64,000 nt of DNA from the human T2T-CHM13v2.0 reference genome, Homo sapiens. Under the pieces are notes generated by a model that made no database searches, was not told where the DNA came from, and worked only from the letters and a program-made list of their open reading frames with translations. The translations under genes were made by a program, and so were the position numbers. Below are positions 28,048 to 42,897 of this stretch, one piece after another. Location: the NCBI RefSeq assembly GCF_009914755.1, contig NC_060935.1, one strand, 5' to 3'. The first letter of the stretch is position 1. Each line of letters begins with the position of its first letter.

Positions 28048-30036
28048 GACCTTTTTCTTTCATAAATTGCCCAGTCTTGGGTACGTCTTTACCACCAGTG
28101 TGAAAACTAACTAATACGGTAAACGGGTACCAGTAGAGTCGGGCGTTACTGGAAAGATACCCAAAAATGTGGAAGCGATTTTGGAACTGGGTCACAGGCA
28201 GAGGTTGGAAGAGTTTGGAGGGCTCAAAAGTAGAAGAAAAATGTGGGAAAGTTTGGAACTTCCTAGAGACTTGTTGAATGGCTCTGCCCAAAATGCTGAT
28301 AGTGATATGGACAATGAAGTCCATGCTGAGGTGATCTCAGATGGAGATGAGGAACTTGTTGGGAACTGGAGCAAAGGTGACTCTTGTTATGTTTTCACAA
28401 AGAGACTGGCAATATTTTGCCCCTGTTCTAGAGATCTGTGGAACTTTGAACTTGAGAGAGATAATTTGCGGTATCTGAAGGAAGAAATTTCTAGGCAACA
28501 AAGCATTCACAGGTGACTTGGGTGCTGTCAAAGGCACTCCGTTTTACGAGGAAAAAAGAGTATAAAAGTTTGGAAAATTTGCAGCTTGACAAGGTGATAG
28601 AAAAGAAAATCCCATTTTCTTAAGAGAAATTCAAGCCCACTGCAGAAACTTGCATAAGTAACAAGGAGCCAAATGTTAATCCCCAAAACAATGAGGGAAA
28701 TGTCTCCAGGGCATGTCTGAGGTCTTAACAGCTAACAGCAGCCCCTCCCATCACAGCCTGGAGGCCTAGGAGGAAAGAGTGGTTTCATGGGCCCGGCCCA
28801 GGGTCCCAGTGCTGTGCCAGACTAGGGATTTAGTGCCCTGCTTTCCAGCCACCCCAGCCATGACTAAAAGGGGCCAAGGTACAACTCAGGCCATCGCTTT
28901 AGAAGGTGCAAGCCACAAGCCTTGGCAGCTTCTAGGTGGTGTTGAGCCTGTAAGTGCATAGAATTCAAGAATTGGGGGTTGGAAACCTCCACCTAGGTTT
29001 CAGGAGATGTATGGAAACACCTGGATGCCCAGGGAGAAGTTTGCTGCAGGGGCAGGCCCTCATGGAGAACCTCTGCTAGGCTAGGGCAGTGCAGAAGGGA
29101 AATGTGGGGTTGGAACCCCCACACAGAGTCCTTACTGGGGCACCACTTATTGGAGCTGTGAGAAGAGGGTCTCCGTCCTCCAAACCCCAGAATGGTAAAT
29201 CCACCAACAGCTTGCACCATATGCCTGGAAAAGCCACAGACACTCAACACCAGCCCATGAAAGCAGCCAGGAGGGAGGCTGTGCCCTGCAAAGCCACAGG
29301 GTCAGAGCTGCCCCAAACCATGGGAACCCACCTCTTGCATCAGTGTGACCTGGATGTGAGACAGGGAGTCAAATGAGATCATTTTGGAGCTTTAAGATTT
29401 GATTGCCCTGCTGGATTTCAGATTTGCATGGGGCCTGTAGCCCCTTTGTTTTGGCCAATTTCTGCCATTTGGAATGGGTGTCTTTATGCAATGCCTGTCC
29501 CCCATTGTATCTAGGAAGTAACTAACTTGCTTTTCATTTTGCTAGCTCATAGGCAGAAGGGACTTGCCTTGTCTCAGATAAGATTTTGGACTGTGGACTT
29601 TTGAGTTAATGCTGAAAAGAGCTAAGACTTTGGGGGAAGGCAAAATTGGTTTTGAAATGTGAGGACGAGATTTGGGGGGGGCCAGGGATGAAATGATGTG
29701 GTTTGGCTGTGTCCCCACCCAAATCTCATCATGAATTGCCATGTGTTGTGGGAGGGACCTGGTGGGAGGTAATTGAATCATGGGGGCAGGTCTTTCCCAT
29801 GCTGTTCTCGTGATAGTGAGTCTCACGAGATCTGATGGTTTTAAAAACAGGAGTTTCCCTTTACAAGCTCTCTCTTCTCTTGTCTGCTGACATGTGAGAA
29901 GGTGCCTTTCACCTTCCACCATGATTGTGAAGCCTCCCCAGCTACATGGAACTGTAAGTCCATTAAATCTCTTTCTTTTGTAAATTGCCCAGTCTTGGGT
30001 ATGTCTTTATCAGTAGTATAAAAATTAACTAATACA
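28048..30036 (+). mobile_element. THE1 (C-like) element: 5' LTR remnant 28048-28118, internal 28119-29693, complete 3' LTR 29694-30036
   Basis: LTR end ...ctaatacg then gtaaacgggtaccagtagagt; typical THE1-int; 3' LTR tgatgtggtttggctgtg...aataca. Confidence 0.93.
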
Positions 30037-30116
30037 ACAACCATATTCAAGTGCTTACTAGTAAAACATGGGACAGGATTTACATTGACCGCTATTGCCA
30101 ATATTTTCTAGAACAT

Positions 30117-30597
30117 TGTATTAGTCAGGGTTCTCTAGAGAAAGAGGACCAAATGGTAAGTATGTAGATAGGTATTTATTTATTAATAAGAAATTGGTTC
30201 ACATGATTATAGAGACTAAATCTAGAACCAGGAAAACTGATGGGATAGTTGCAGTCTGAGTCCAAAGGCCTGAGAAGCAGGAGAGCTGATGGTGTAAACT
30301 CCAGTCTGAGTTTGAGGCCAAAGGCAGGAGAAGACTGATGTCCCACCTCAAAGACAGTTAGAAAGAAAGGCAGAATTCCTTCTTATTCAGTCTCTTTTTC
30401 TATTCAGGCCTTCAACAGATTGGGTGAGGCCTACCCACATTGGGGAGGGCAACCGGCTTTCCTCAGTCTATCAATCCAAATGTTAAATGTTCTTCTTATT
30501 CAGAAACACCCTCACAGGCACACCCAGGCATAATGTTTAACCAACGATCTGGACATCCTTTGGCTCAGTCAATTTGACACATAAAATAACCATAATA
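30117..30597 (-). mobile_element. MLT2B-like ERVL solo LTR
   Basis: tgtattagtcagggttctctagag...tccaaaggcctgagaa...ttgacacataaaataaccat; near-TSD aacat/aacac. Confidence 0.85.
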
Positions 30598-30699
30598 AAC
30601 ACTTTTCAATTGTTTTCACCATCTGATGCAGTATAAGGTGATTAAAAAAAAAGTCAGGAAATGAGCCTGACTTTTGAGGCAATAAAAGACTATTTTGTT

Positions 30700-31590
30700 T
30701 AAAGATACCCTAGAGATTTCTACTAGCAATAAGGAAGATTAGATCTAAAGGTCTTTCTTCCACAAAAAAAAAAAAAAAAAAATTAGATATAGTGTAAATT
30801 TAGAAAAATTTTCCAATACATATTATACCCACAAGTAAATAAAGAAAATATCTATGAGCTAGTAAGATTAATAATAACAACAGTAAAGATCATAATAAAC
30901 AGTAAACTGAAATCAGAAAGGTAAGCTCTAAGGATTCCAAGGACAATAGCCTTACCATTACTGAATCACTGGGACTGGAGGACATATCCATAGGCTCTAT
31001 GCAATGTCAAGGAGCTACACCTGAGACACAGGAATTTGGCAGCCTCAGGGGGAAAGGAATAGTAAGTCAGTAGTACTCACTGGAAACAAGAAGAAACTAA
31101 CATAAATCCTCTTTGGAGAAAATTCATTTCCATAGACTACGTTTAACCAAACATAAAATCCCAATCAAAATTATTAACTCTACAAAGAAAAAGCCACAAT
31201 TAGTTAAAACAAAACAAAACAACTGCAGAAAAAAAAATCATCAATGATATAGATAATGAAAATTAAAATTATTAGAAAAGTAACATTAAAAACTAAGTAT
31301 GAAATGTTAACAAATTAAAATCTGAAATGAAAATAAGGGACAAAAAACTATAAAAATGACCAGGTGAAAAAGAACCAAACAGAACTTAAGAAACAAAAAA
31401 TACATAGTAATCAAAATGCAAATTCAATGGAAAAAGAAATTACCAAGAAAGGCAAGGAAAATAAAATCATGAAAGACAAGATAAAAGAAATGAAGAATAA
31501 ATAAGATTTAATCAGAACCCTAGAAGAGATAATAGAAAGAATGGAGTAGAGGCAGTACTGAAGGAGAAAATACCTATGACTTTTACAGAA
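30700..31590 (+). mobile_element. Very old L1-like 5'/ORF1 remnant
   Basis: A-rich strand with ORF1-like decayed sequence; family not assigned. Confidence 0.4.
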
Positions 31591-33723
31591 TGACACAGCT
31601 AGATTAACAATGAAAACAAAGGAGAAGATCCAAATAAGTGCAATCAGAAATAACAAAGATGGCATACAACTGATTCCACAGAAATACAAAAGATCCTCAG
31701 AGACTATTATGAACACCTCTATGAACACAAAATAGAAAATCTAAAGGAAATGGATAAGTTCCAGCAAACACACAACCCCCCAAGATTAAACAACGAAGAA
31801 TATGAAAACCTGAACAGACCAATAACAAGTTTTGAAATTGAATCAGTAATAAAAAGTCTACCAGCAGAAAAAAGCCCTGGATCAGATGGATTCACAGGCA
31901 AATGGAATCTACCATATGTCCAAAGAACTGGTACCAATTCTACTGAAGCTATTCCAAAAAAATCAAAGAGAAGGGGCTCCTCACTAACTGATTCTTTAAA
32001 GCCAGCATCAGCCTGATACCAAACCCTGGCAGAGACACAAAGAAAAAAGAAAACTACAGACCAATGTCCCTGATTTTAAAGATGCCAAAATCCTCAACAA
32101 AATACTAAAAAAAAAAACAAATTCAGCAGCACATCAAAAAGTTAATTCACCACAATTAATTAGGCTTTATTCCTGGGATGCAAGACTGGTTCAGCATGAG
32201 CAAATCAATAAATGTGATCTACTACTTAACAATTAAAAGCAAAAAATGTAGGACCATCTCAATAAACACAGAAAAAGCTTTTCATAAAATCCAACATAAT
32301 TTCATGATAAAAGCCCTATACATACTAGGCATTGAAGGAACATACCTCAAAATAATGAGAACCATCTATGACACACCCAAGGCCAACATCATGCTTAATG
32401 GGCAAAAGCTGGAACCATTCCCCTTAAGAATTGCAACAAGACAAAGATGTCCACTTTCATCACTCCTATTCAACAAAGTACTGGAAGTTCTAGCCAGAGC
32501 AATCAGGCAAGATAAAGAAATAAAAAGCATCCAAAAAAGAAAAGAAGTCAAAATATCTTTCATCACTGATCATATGATTCTATACATGGAAAACCCTAAA
32601 GACTCCACCAAAAGGCTCCTAGAACTGATAAACAACTTCAAAGTAAAGTTTCAGGATACAAAATCAATGTACAAAAATTAGTAGCATTTCTATACAATAA
32701 TAATGCTCAAGCTGAGAGTCAAATCAAGAACACAATCTCATTTACAATAGCCACAAAAAATTGAAATACCTAGTAATACATAAATCAAGAAGGTGAAAGA
32801 TTTCTATAAGGGTGTAAAAGATTTCTATAAGGAGAACTACAAAACACTACAGAAAAAAATCAGAGACAACACAAATGGAGAAACATTCCATGCTCATGGA
32901 TCGGAAGAATCAGTATTAAAAATGGCCATACTGCCCAAAGCAATCTACAGATTCAATGCTATTTCTATCAAATTACCCATGTCACTTTTCACAGAACTAG
33001 AAAAAATATCTAAAATTTATAAGAACCAAAAAAACAAGCCAAATAGACACCAAAGCAATCCTAAGTGAAAAGAACAAAGCCAGAGGCACCACACTACCTG
33101 ACTTCAAACAATACCATAGGGCCACACTAACCAAAACAGCATGGTACTGGTACAAAAACAGACATATAGACCAATAGAACAGAATAGAGAACCCAGAAAT
33201 AAAGACACACACATTTGACCACCTGATCTTCATCAAAGCCAACAAAAACAAGTAGTAGAGAAAGGACTCCCTATTCAATAAATGGTGCTAGGATAACTGT
33301 ATAGCCATATGCAAGAAAATGAAACTGGATCCCTACCTTTTACCACTTACAAAAATCCAACTCAAGATGGGTTAAAGATTTAGGTGAAAGACCTCAAAGT
33401 ATAAGAATCATGGAAGAAAACCTAAGAAACATCATTCTGGACAAGTGCCTTGGGCAATAATTTATTACTAAGTCTTCAAGAGCACTTGTATAAAAAAAAA
33501 AAGACAAATTGACAAGTGGGACCTAATTAAACTAAAGATCTGCACAGCACAAAAACAAACAAACAAAAAACTATCAACAGAGTAAATGGACAACCTACAG
33601 AATGGGAGAAAATATTCACAAACTACACATCTGATAAAGGTCTAATATCCAGAATCTATAAGGAACTGAAACACATCAACAAGCAAAAAACAAATAACCT
33701 CATTAAAAAATGGGCAAAGGCCA

Positions 33724-34110
33724 TATATTAGTTCATTTTCATACTGCTGTAAAGAACTGCCTGAGACTGGGTAATTTATAAAGGAAAAGGATTTAACTGA
33801 CTCACAGTTCAGCATGGCTGGGAAGGCCTCAGGAAACTTACAGTCATGGCAGAAGGCAAAGGGGAAGCAAGGCAAATTTTTCAAGAGGTGGCAGGAAGGA
33901 GAATGAATGCAGGAGGAACTACCAAACATTTATAAAATGATCAGATCTCGGGAGAACTCACTCAGTATCACAAGAACGGCATGGGTGAAACCACCGCCCT
34001 GATTCAATTACCTCCTCCTGGTATCTCCCTTGACACGTGTGGATTATAGGGATTATGGAGATTATAATTCAAGATGAGATTTTGAGTGGTGACACAGCCA
34101 AACCATATCA
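33724..34110 (-). mobile_element. THE1D-like solo LTR
   Basis: tatattagttc...ggcctcaggaaacttac...aaccatatca; degenerate TSD ggcca/ggata. Confidence 0.88.
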
Positions 34111-34787
34111 GGATAGGAACAGGAACTTCTCAAAATAAGATACACAAGCAGCCAACAAACATGAAAAAAAAATGCTGTTATCACAATCATCAGAGAAATG
34201 CAAATCAAAACCACAATGAGATACCATCTCACACCAGTCAGAACAACTATTAAAAAGTCAAATAATAACAGATCCTGGTGAGGCTGTGGAGAAAAGGGAA
34301 TGCGTATACACTATTGATGGGAATGTAAATTAGTTCAGCCACTGTGGAAAACAGTCTGGAGATTTCTCAAAGAACTTAAAACAGAGCTACCATTCAACCC
34401 AGCAATCCCATTACTAGGTATATATACCCCAAAGAAAGAAATAATTATGAAAAAAGACACATGCACTCATATGTTCATCACAGTGCTATTCACAATAGCA
34501 AAGATGTGAAATCAGCCTAGGTGCCCATCAACAGTGGACTGGAAGAAAATGTGGTACATATACACCAGGAAATACTACACAGCCATAAAAAAGAATGAAA
34601 TCATGTTCTTTGCAGCAACATAGATGCAGCTGGAGGCTATAATCTTAAGCGAAATAATACAGAAAACCAAATACTGCATGTTCTCACTTATAAGTCAGAG
34701 CTAAATATTGAGCACACAAGGACATAAACATGAGAACAATTGACAGTATAAACTACTAAATGGGGGGAGTGAGGGAGGGAAGCATGG

Positions 34788-35144
34788 TGTATTAGTCCAT
34801 TTTCACGATGCTGATAAAGACATACCCAAGACTGGGCAATTTACAAAAGAAAGTGATTTAATGGACTTACAGTTCCACGTGGCTGGGGAGGCCTCATAAA
34901 TCATGGTGGAAGGCGAAAGGCACGTCTCATGTGGTGGCAGACAAGAGAAGAGAACTTGTGGAGGGAAACTCACCTTTATAAAACCTTCAGATATCATGGG
35001 ACTTATTCACTATCACGAGAACAGCACGGGAAAGACCTGCCCTCGTGATTCAATTACCTCCCACTAGGTCCCTCCCACATGTGGGAAGTGTGGGAGTTAC
35101 ATTTCAAGATGAGATTTGAGTAGGGACACAGCCAAACCATATCA
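34788..35144 (-). mobile_element. THE1C-like solo LTR
   Basis: tgtattagtccatttt...aaccatatca; perfect TSD CATGG (34783-34787, 35145-35149). Confidence 0.9.
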
Positions 35145-35439
35145 CATGGGTTGAAAACCTACCTATTGGATACAATGCTCACTACCTGGATGACAGGATT
35201 TATACCCCAAACCTCAGTATCACATAACATACCCAGGTAATAAAACTGCCCATGTACCCCCTGTATCTAAAATAAAATTTAAGAAAAATCCACCTATATC
35301 TTCTTTAAATATGCATGCTGAAAATATAGAATGTACAATGATAAAATCGTATACTGTCAAACACTAAACCAAGTAAATCTAGTATAGCAATATTATTGTC
35401 AGCTAAATTAGGTTTCTTGTAGAAGCCCCTACAACCCTA

Positions 35440-36090
35440 ATAATTTGGTTTAAACTCCTTGGAAAGCAATTTGGCATTATAATGTAAATTTGAATATGCA
35501 CTTACCTTACCACTCACCAATTCTACTACTCCACTTTCTAGAGAAAACCTTGCACATACACCCCAGTAGATATGCAAGAATGTTTATATCAGCACTGGTC
35601 ATAAAAGCAGCAAACAAAAACAAAATTACCTAAGTGTTTAAACGTGGAATACTAAATGATATGGCATATTCACACACCAGATTATTGTAGAAAACAAAAA
35701 TTAAGGAACTCTAGCTATATGCCACAATATACATGAATCCTATAAAAGAAATAGTGAAAAATGGAAAGTCACAAAACACTTCATATAAGATGACACCACT
35801 TTTACAAAGCTCAAAAACAAACTGAACAATATATTGTTTAGGGACACATACATATGTGGCAAAATATGTTTTTAAAAGCACACATTTTAAACACAAGATA
35901 CTGGGAATTAGTTATTTTGGGGAGTGAGTCAGTAGCTTGAGATCTAGAAGACGCACATGGGGTACAACAGTGATTGACAATGTTTTCTCTCTCAATGTAG
36001 GCAATTGTTTCAGAAGTGTTCACTTTATTGTTATGCTTTACAACTTAAAAATATACTAGACAAATTAATTTGTATCAAATATAATAACAA
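35440..36090 (+). mobile_element. L1ME-like 3' fragment
   Basis: ggaaagcaatttggca...caatttctact...caagaatgtttat..cagcact. Confidence 0.7.
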
Positions 36091-36354
36091 ATGTAAAAAT
36101 ACATACAGTCTTGCTAACACCACTCTAAGTATTATCACTCTTAGATACTGTAATGAAACACAATTAAAACTCAAAAAAGAACACATCTAATATTGAACCC
36201 TTGCTCATCCTACAGTTCTTAAATAGCAGATCTTGAACTAACTATATCTCTGAAAAAGGGAGCACTACAGTGCTCTTTGCCCTGCTTGGGAAATACGTTC
36301 ATGTCAAAGGAACAATTTCTGCCATAAAGTTGTGCTTTCATATAAAAATGTATT

Positions 36355-37358
<1,004 letters not shown>

Positions 37359-37589
37359 TAAGATGCATTATTTACAACCTCATAATGGCCACTAGAAAAT
37401 GGGGCTAAAGTACATAATAGCAGTATAACATTGTAAGCAGTATGGTCTAATAATGTTTTGTCTAGACTTAGCAACCAGCTAATCCAATACCTCAGCCAAT
37501 CACAGGTCTTCCGAATATCCCAAGCTTAAATGACCCATAAGATGTTAGGAGCGTGTAGATTCGGGCACTAAATAATAAATAATATGGGT

Positions 37590-38045
37590 GCCAGTAGTGG
37601 CCTATGTGATCTCATATTCATTCCTCTCCCTTCTCTTCTACTCTGCGTCATAGAGGTCACCCCTTCAGGCCCTATTTTACAGGCATCCAACTGGGTTTGT
37701 GCACTAGGAGGCACTGTCAGGAGACTGTAGGTTGGAAGGAAAGAAGAAACCAGGGTACTTGTTGCCTTCCCCCTCTGACTTAGTCTGTGTCCACTGTGTA
37801 GCTCCAGCTCCCAGTAGTTAGACTGCAGTGGTTCCAGTGCTGGCTGCCAAACCCTGTCCTTGGGCCTCCAAAACATCCTTCTTCAGCCAAGCAGTGATAG
37901 CAGCTCCTGCTTTTGCTAATTTCTGAGTTGCTTCAATATATCTTTTATAACTTCTTTGTTACACACCTGGGTAACTAATGCTTTATTCCATTCTCTTGGT
38001 TTAAATGTGTAATGGTGATTTGTGTTTTTCTGGTTGAACCCAACA
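37590..38045 (+). mobile_element. LTR33-like ERVL LTR
   Basis: gggtttg...ggaggcactg.caggagactg.agg.tgg...gcagctcctgc.ttgcta. Confidence 0.6.
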
Positions 38046-38759
38046 AAGCTTGATTCACTGTTTCACAAGTATAATAATGGTATAATAGTTCAGTTTATCT
38101 CTGATTATCTTTCTGTCCACTGTTTCTAGCCTACAGAATCAAAGCACTTTATGAGATAATTATATTTCACTGTTGTGGCATTCAGAGCAACTTCAATTTG
38201 TTCAATTTAATATGAAAAGAGAACTGATATAAAGAACATTAATAAAATTTGAACCATGAAACAAAAAAATAATGTTTTAGAAAGTAATGATTGGAGTTAT
38301 TTTCAGAAAATTCACAATCTAAAATCATAGGAAAACAGCCTTCCACTCTATATTCAGTCAGATGGTAGGGATATATGAAGAAGAATTAAAAATCATTATG
38401 CTAAACATCTATAAAATATCAAACATTGATGTTAAGAAAGCTCTCCCTAAAGACAATGGAGTTGATTCTCAAAAATATCAGTGAGCTAATAAATTCTTTA
38501 AGATATACATTTTAAGCACAGTCATAAAAGTAAAAAATTGAAATGAATTTATGATCTAAATTTTAATCATCTAACTACAAATAAAACTCAATAATAAATT
38601 AAGAATCACTATTTGTAAAGATAGAGACTCAAAACCACAGTTTTCCAGGGCAAAATACATGGCAGAAGCAATGTCATTAAACAAGATTAAGTAAGAGATA
38701 CCAAGGCAAGTTTAAGTACATTAACACTTATAATGAGTGCAGTTTATACTCAATGCCTT

Positions 38760-39290
38760 TTATAATCAGTTTATTTGACAGACATTATTGAAGCACCATG
38801 CCATGCTAGGGACAAAGCAAAACACTAAGAATGCAAAGATGAATAGGACATGGTGTTTGCCCTCAAGAAATTGTGTGTAACTAGGAAGACAAACACATGA
38901 ATGACTATAAGACAATGCGATGAAAGTTGTGACACATTCCCAACAAAATGCATTGTGGGAATACAGATGAGGGAGCAAGCAATTCATCCTGCCTAGACCA
39001 GTCAGGGAAAGCTGCTGAAGAGAGGGGACTTTAGAGTTTGTTTATTCTTGGATTCATTAATTAGGCCAAAATCATTCCAGCCTGAGGAAAGAAGATGAGC
39101 TAAAGCAGAATGAAATGAAATTGTATCCTGTGTTTGGGAAACTGTCTAATGTGTTTAAAGTCTAATGTGTTTTAGGAAAAAATAATAGGAAATAAGTCAG
39201 AAAGGTAGGCAGGAGATAGACAATAAAGAGCGTTTCCTGAACATGCAAATAGATGTGGACACTGTTCTGTGCCACTGCTGTACAAACTTG
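38760..39290 (-). mobile_element. L2 fragment
   Basis: tttatttgacagacattattgaagcacc...gcaaagatgaataggacatgg...gccctcaagaa. Confidence 0.75.
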
Positions 39291-39469
39291 CATCAGAGGA
39301 TGGACTTCAGGGTATAAGCTAAATTATAATCTTTAAGTGGTTGGAGATTATTACCAGTAATAATTAGACAATAAAAGTGTTCATTTCTTAGTCATATATG
39401 TACCTATTTATGAGTTAATGTTAAGTGAGTAATAAAAGCCTTCTGTACAAAGCTCAAACTAATAAAGCA

Positions 39470-39685
39470 TAGTGGAACTAAATTTGGACTCTGAAAATTT
39501 AGAGCCAAGGTTGCTAATTACTATATGAATAACCATGAGCAAGTGATTTACAGTCCCTGAACTTCACTCCTCACGTATACAGTACAGACATATTGTCTGT
39601 TCTTTCTATCTCACAGGATCGTTGCAACAGTCTAATGTAGTTGTACTCATGAAAGGGTTTTGCAAAACACTTGTGATGTATTGCT
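39470..39685 (+). mobile_element. MIR
   Basis: tggactctg...gagcaagtgattta...tctcacaggatcgttg. Confidence 0.55.
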
Positions 39686-40329
39686 ACTGTGAGGCAAAAT
39701 TTCCATTTAACGTCTTCAGTAGATGAGTCATAATAGCGAAAGAACATGACATGCATAAAAATGCAAACACACACTCAAATACTTACACATAGAATTTCAC
39801 ATATTTCACAAATATCACAAACAAGAAGAACTCTGCTCAGTGGACACAAAATTTTGAAAAAGTTCATGCTAGATCCTTGTACTGTACCTGGTACATGGTA
39901 ACAGCTAATAAATATTTGTGGATACATGAATAAGTGAATTCATGTTGCAACTATTTTAGGACATGATTTTATTAAGTCTCCAAAACTAAGGAGGAAATCC
40001 AATAGCTAAGCCACCAAGAAACACCTTCAAATGTTGAAGATGTTCCCCAACGTAACCTCCAGGGAAAGACTTCAGTCTACTACCCCTCTGCACCTGGGAC
40101 TCCTGTACCTACTTGCGCTTCTGACAGGCCTCATATTATTCAGTCTTTTATCCCACCATCTTTTAGGGAGTAACCTACCCTGTGGCAGCAACCGTCCTAG
40201 CTACGGGGAAAGTACTTGCTCTCATTATAAGGTACTTGCTCTCATTATAGTCTCATTACAGTCTAGTTGGGAATGCAGACAAGTAAACAAAGGACCATAG
40301 TAAAGTCTACCATGTAGACCAGTCACTAT

Positions 40330-40772
40330 GTAGTCCATACCCTTTGGACATGCTTCAGGTGACTTACAGCTGCCTAACCCTAACCCCTAGGCATAATCTG
40401 CATCTCTGGGCCTGATTGCTTTACTCTGACCCACACAAGTCTGCTCTGCCCAAAGAACAGTAATCCCCTCAAATCTGAGAAGCAGCACCTTCCAGACACT
40501 CTTAATTTATACACAAGTGCTGGTATATAAATATTTCAGCTCCCTCCCACCTTGGGTAGTTTAATTCTGAGTTGCGTGTTTCATGCCAATTCCTAAAAGT
40601 TTTCTGGTAGGATTTAAGATCAACTGTCCCACTGTGGTTAATCATACACCCTTTTGTGTCTGATTTCTCTTCCTTGTGTCACTGCCCCTCTCCCTGCCAG
40701 TGTTCCACGCACATCCCAAATAAACTACTTATACTTGAATCCTTGTCTCAGGGGTTTGCTTTTGGGAAAGTA
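40330..40772 (+). mobile_element. LTR16-like ERVL LTR
   Basis: cagctccctc.cacc...tcccaaataaactactt..acttgaatccttgtctcagggg.tgctt.tgggaa. Confidence 0.7.
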
Positions 40773-40799
40773 CACGTGAAAAAAAGAAGTCCCTAAAAT

Positions 40800-41640
<841 letters not shown>

Positions 41641-41649
41641 GAGAAAGTT

Positions 41650-41890
41650 GAAAATATGGGATTTGGTGAAAGTGTGACGTAAGTTTCAATCCTGGTTTCA
41701 TCGGATAACAGCTATATGACCTTGGGAGAATTATTTTACTTAATTGAGCCTTAGTTTATTCCTAGGTAGCATTAGAATGATATTACTTTCCTTCAGTGTT
41801 TTAAGAAGACTAAATAAGAATGTATGTGAGAAGTCTAGCACAGTTCCTGGCAAACCACAGCTCTCATTTGCTGAGAACCATTATTATTAA
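41650..41890 (+). mobile_element. MIR
   Basis: cagctatatgaccttggg...gagccttagttt...tagcacagttcctggca. Confidence 0.7.
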
Positions 41891-42897
41891 GGCACTGAGA
41901 TTGATGCTGAAGAACACTGAACAACTATGAGAGATTCCTGATAGCATTTACCAATTAAATGAATATGGATTGTGAGTTCAAGATGACTCACAATTTGCAG
42001 GTTTTTGTTTTGGGTGATGGAACGAGTGGTGGGATAATTCGGCAAGGTAGAAGAGAGCTAGGTTTTGAACATATATTACCTCGGTTACTCAGGTGAACAG
42101 AAGATAAACAGATATTGAGCAAAAAAGAGGGGCCAGAGCTGGGGATATTGACTCAAGAGTCATCAGTGCTCTGGTGGCTAGTGAAGTCCTACATGTGGAG
42201 GAGTCAGGGCTGGGGAAGAGGGAGGCTTGGAGAATATGACCTTTAGAAGGTGAAAGAAGAAAGAGCAGCTTGAAATACAGGCCCCCGCTGTCGACTCTTG
42301 CCCTGGAAAATGTAATACCTATTCAGTTGGAGAAAAGTTCCGCAGTTTCACATGTGAGGGAGGGACAAGACATCAGATTTGAACTTCACCTAAAGAAAAA
42401 GGAGACAGGAGCTCAGATCTGAAAGAAGCTGTTTGGATAGAAACACTTATTTGTCTGACTCTCTATAACATGAATCATAACCCAAATCGGGTCAACAGAA
42501 CAGGCCATGTTCCAGACAGGAAAACAAATAGTGCTAGGAAGCACTCCACATTAATTCAGTTCCCTCGTTCTTCACTGGGCGCTGCAGGCAGGCAGGCACA
42601 TGTTCGCTCTATGAAAGGACTTTCTAAAGGTATGATTCATTAAGAGTGGATGGACTGCCTTTGAAGTTACTGGGCCCTTAGTCCTCAGAAAAATTAGTTA
42701 GAAACTGATTTTTTTCTCAGAGCGGTTTGTGAAGGTGCTGTGTTCACTAATTAGGAGTGAGATTATAAGAATGCAAGATACCTTAAAATCTTTTCTATTG
42801 GAATAAATTTGCAACCTCATGGAATAATTTATTTCAATAACTCCAAATTAATCTTTCTTAATGACCTTGAAAATGTTGGCTTAATGTTACTGTAGCC

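Larger units (their letters stand above)
31598..35289 (+). mobile_element. 5'-truncated L1 (L1PA15/16-like) with two nested THE1 LTRs
   Basis: ORF2 remnants (31750-32016, 32178-32681, 32793-33068); 3'UTR ...ccccaaacctcag.atcac...ctaaaataaaa. Confidence 0.9.

Noticed and set aside
28169-29376. ORFs of 60-115 aa in the THE1 internal region
   Set aside because: Broken remnants of the MaLR internal ORF
40374-40390. cctaaccctaacccct, telomere-like
   Set aside because: Only two units within an old LTR; consistent with chance
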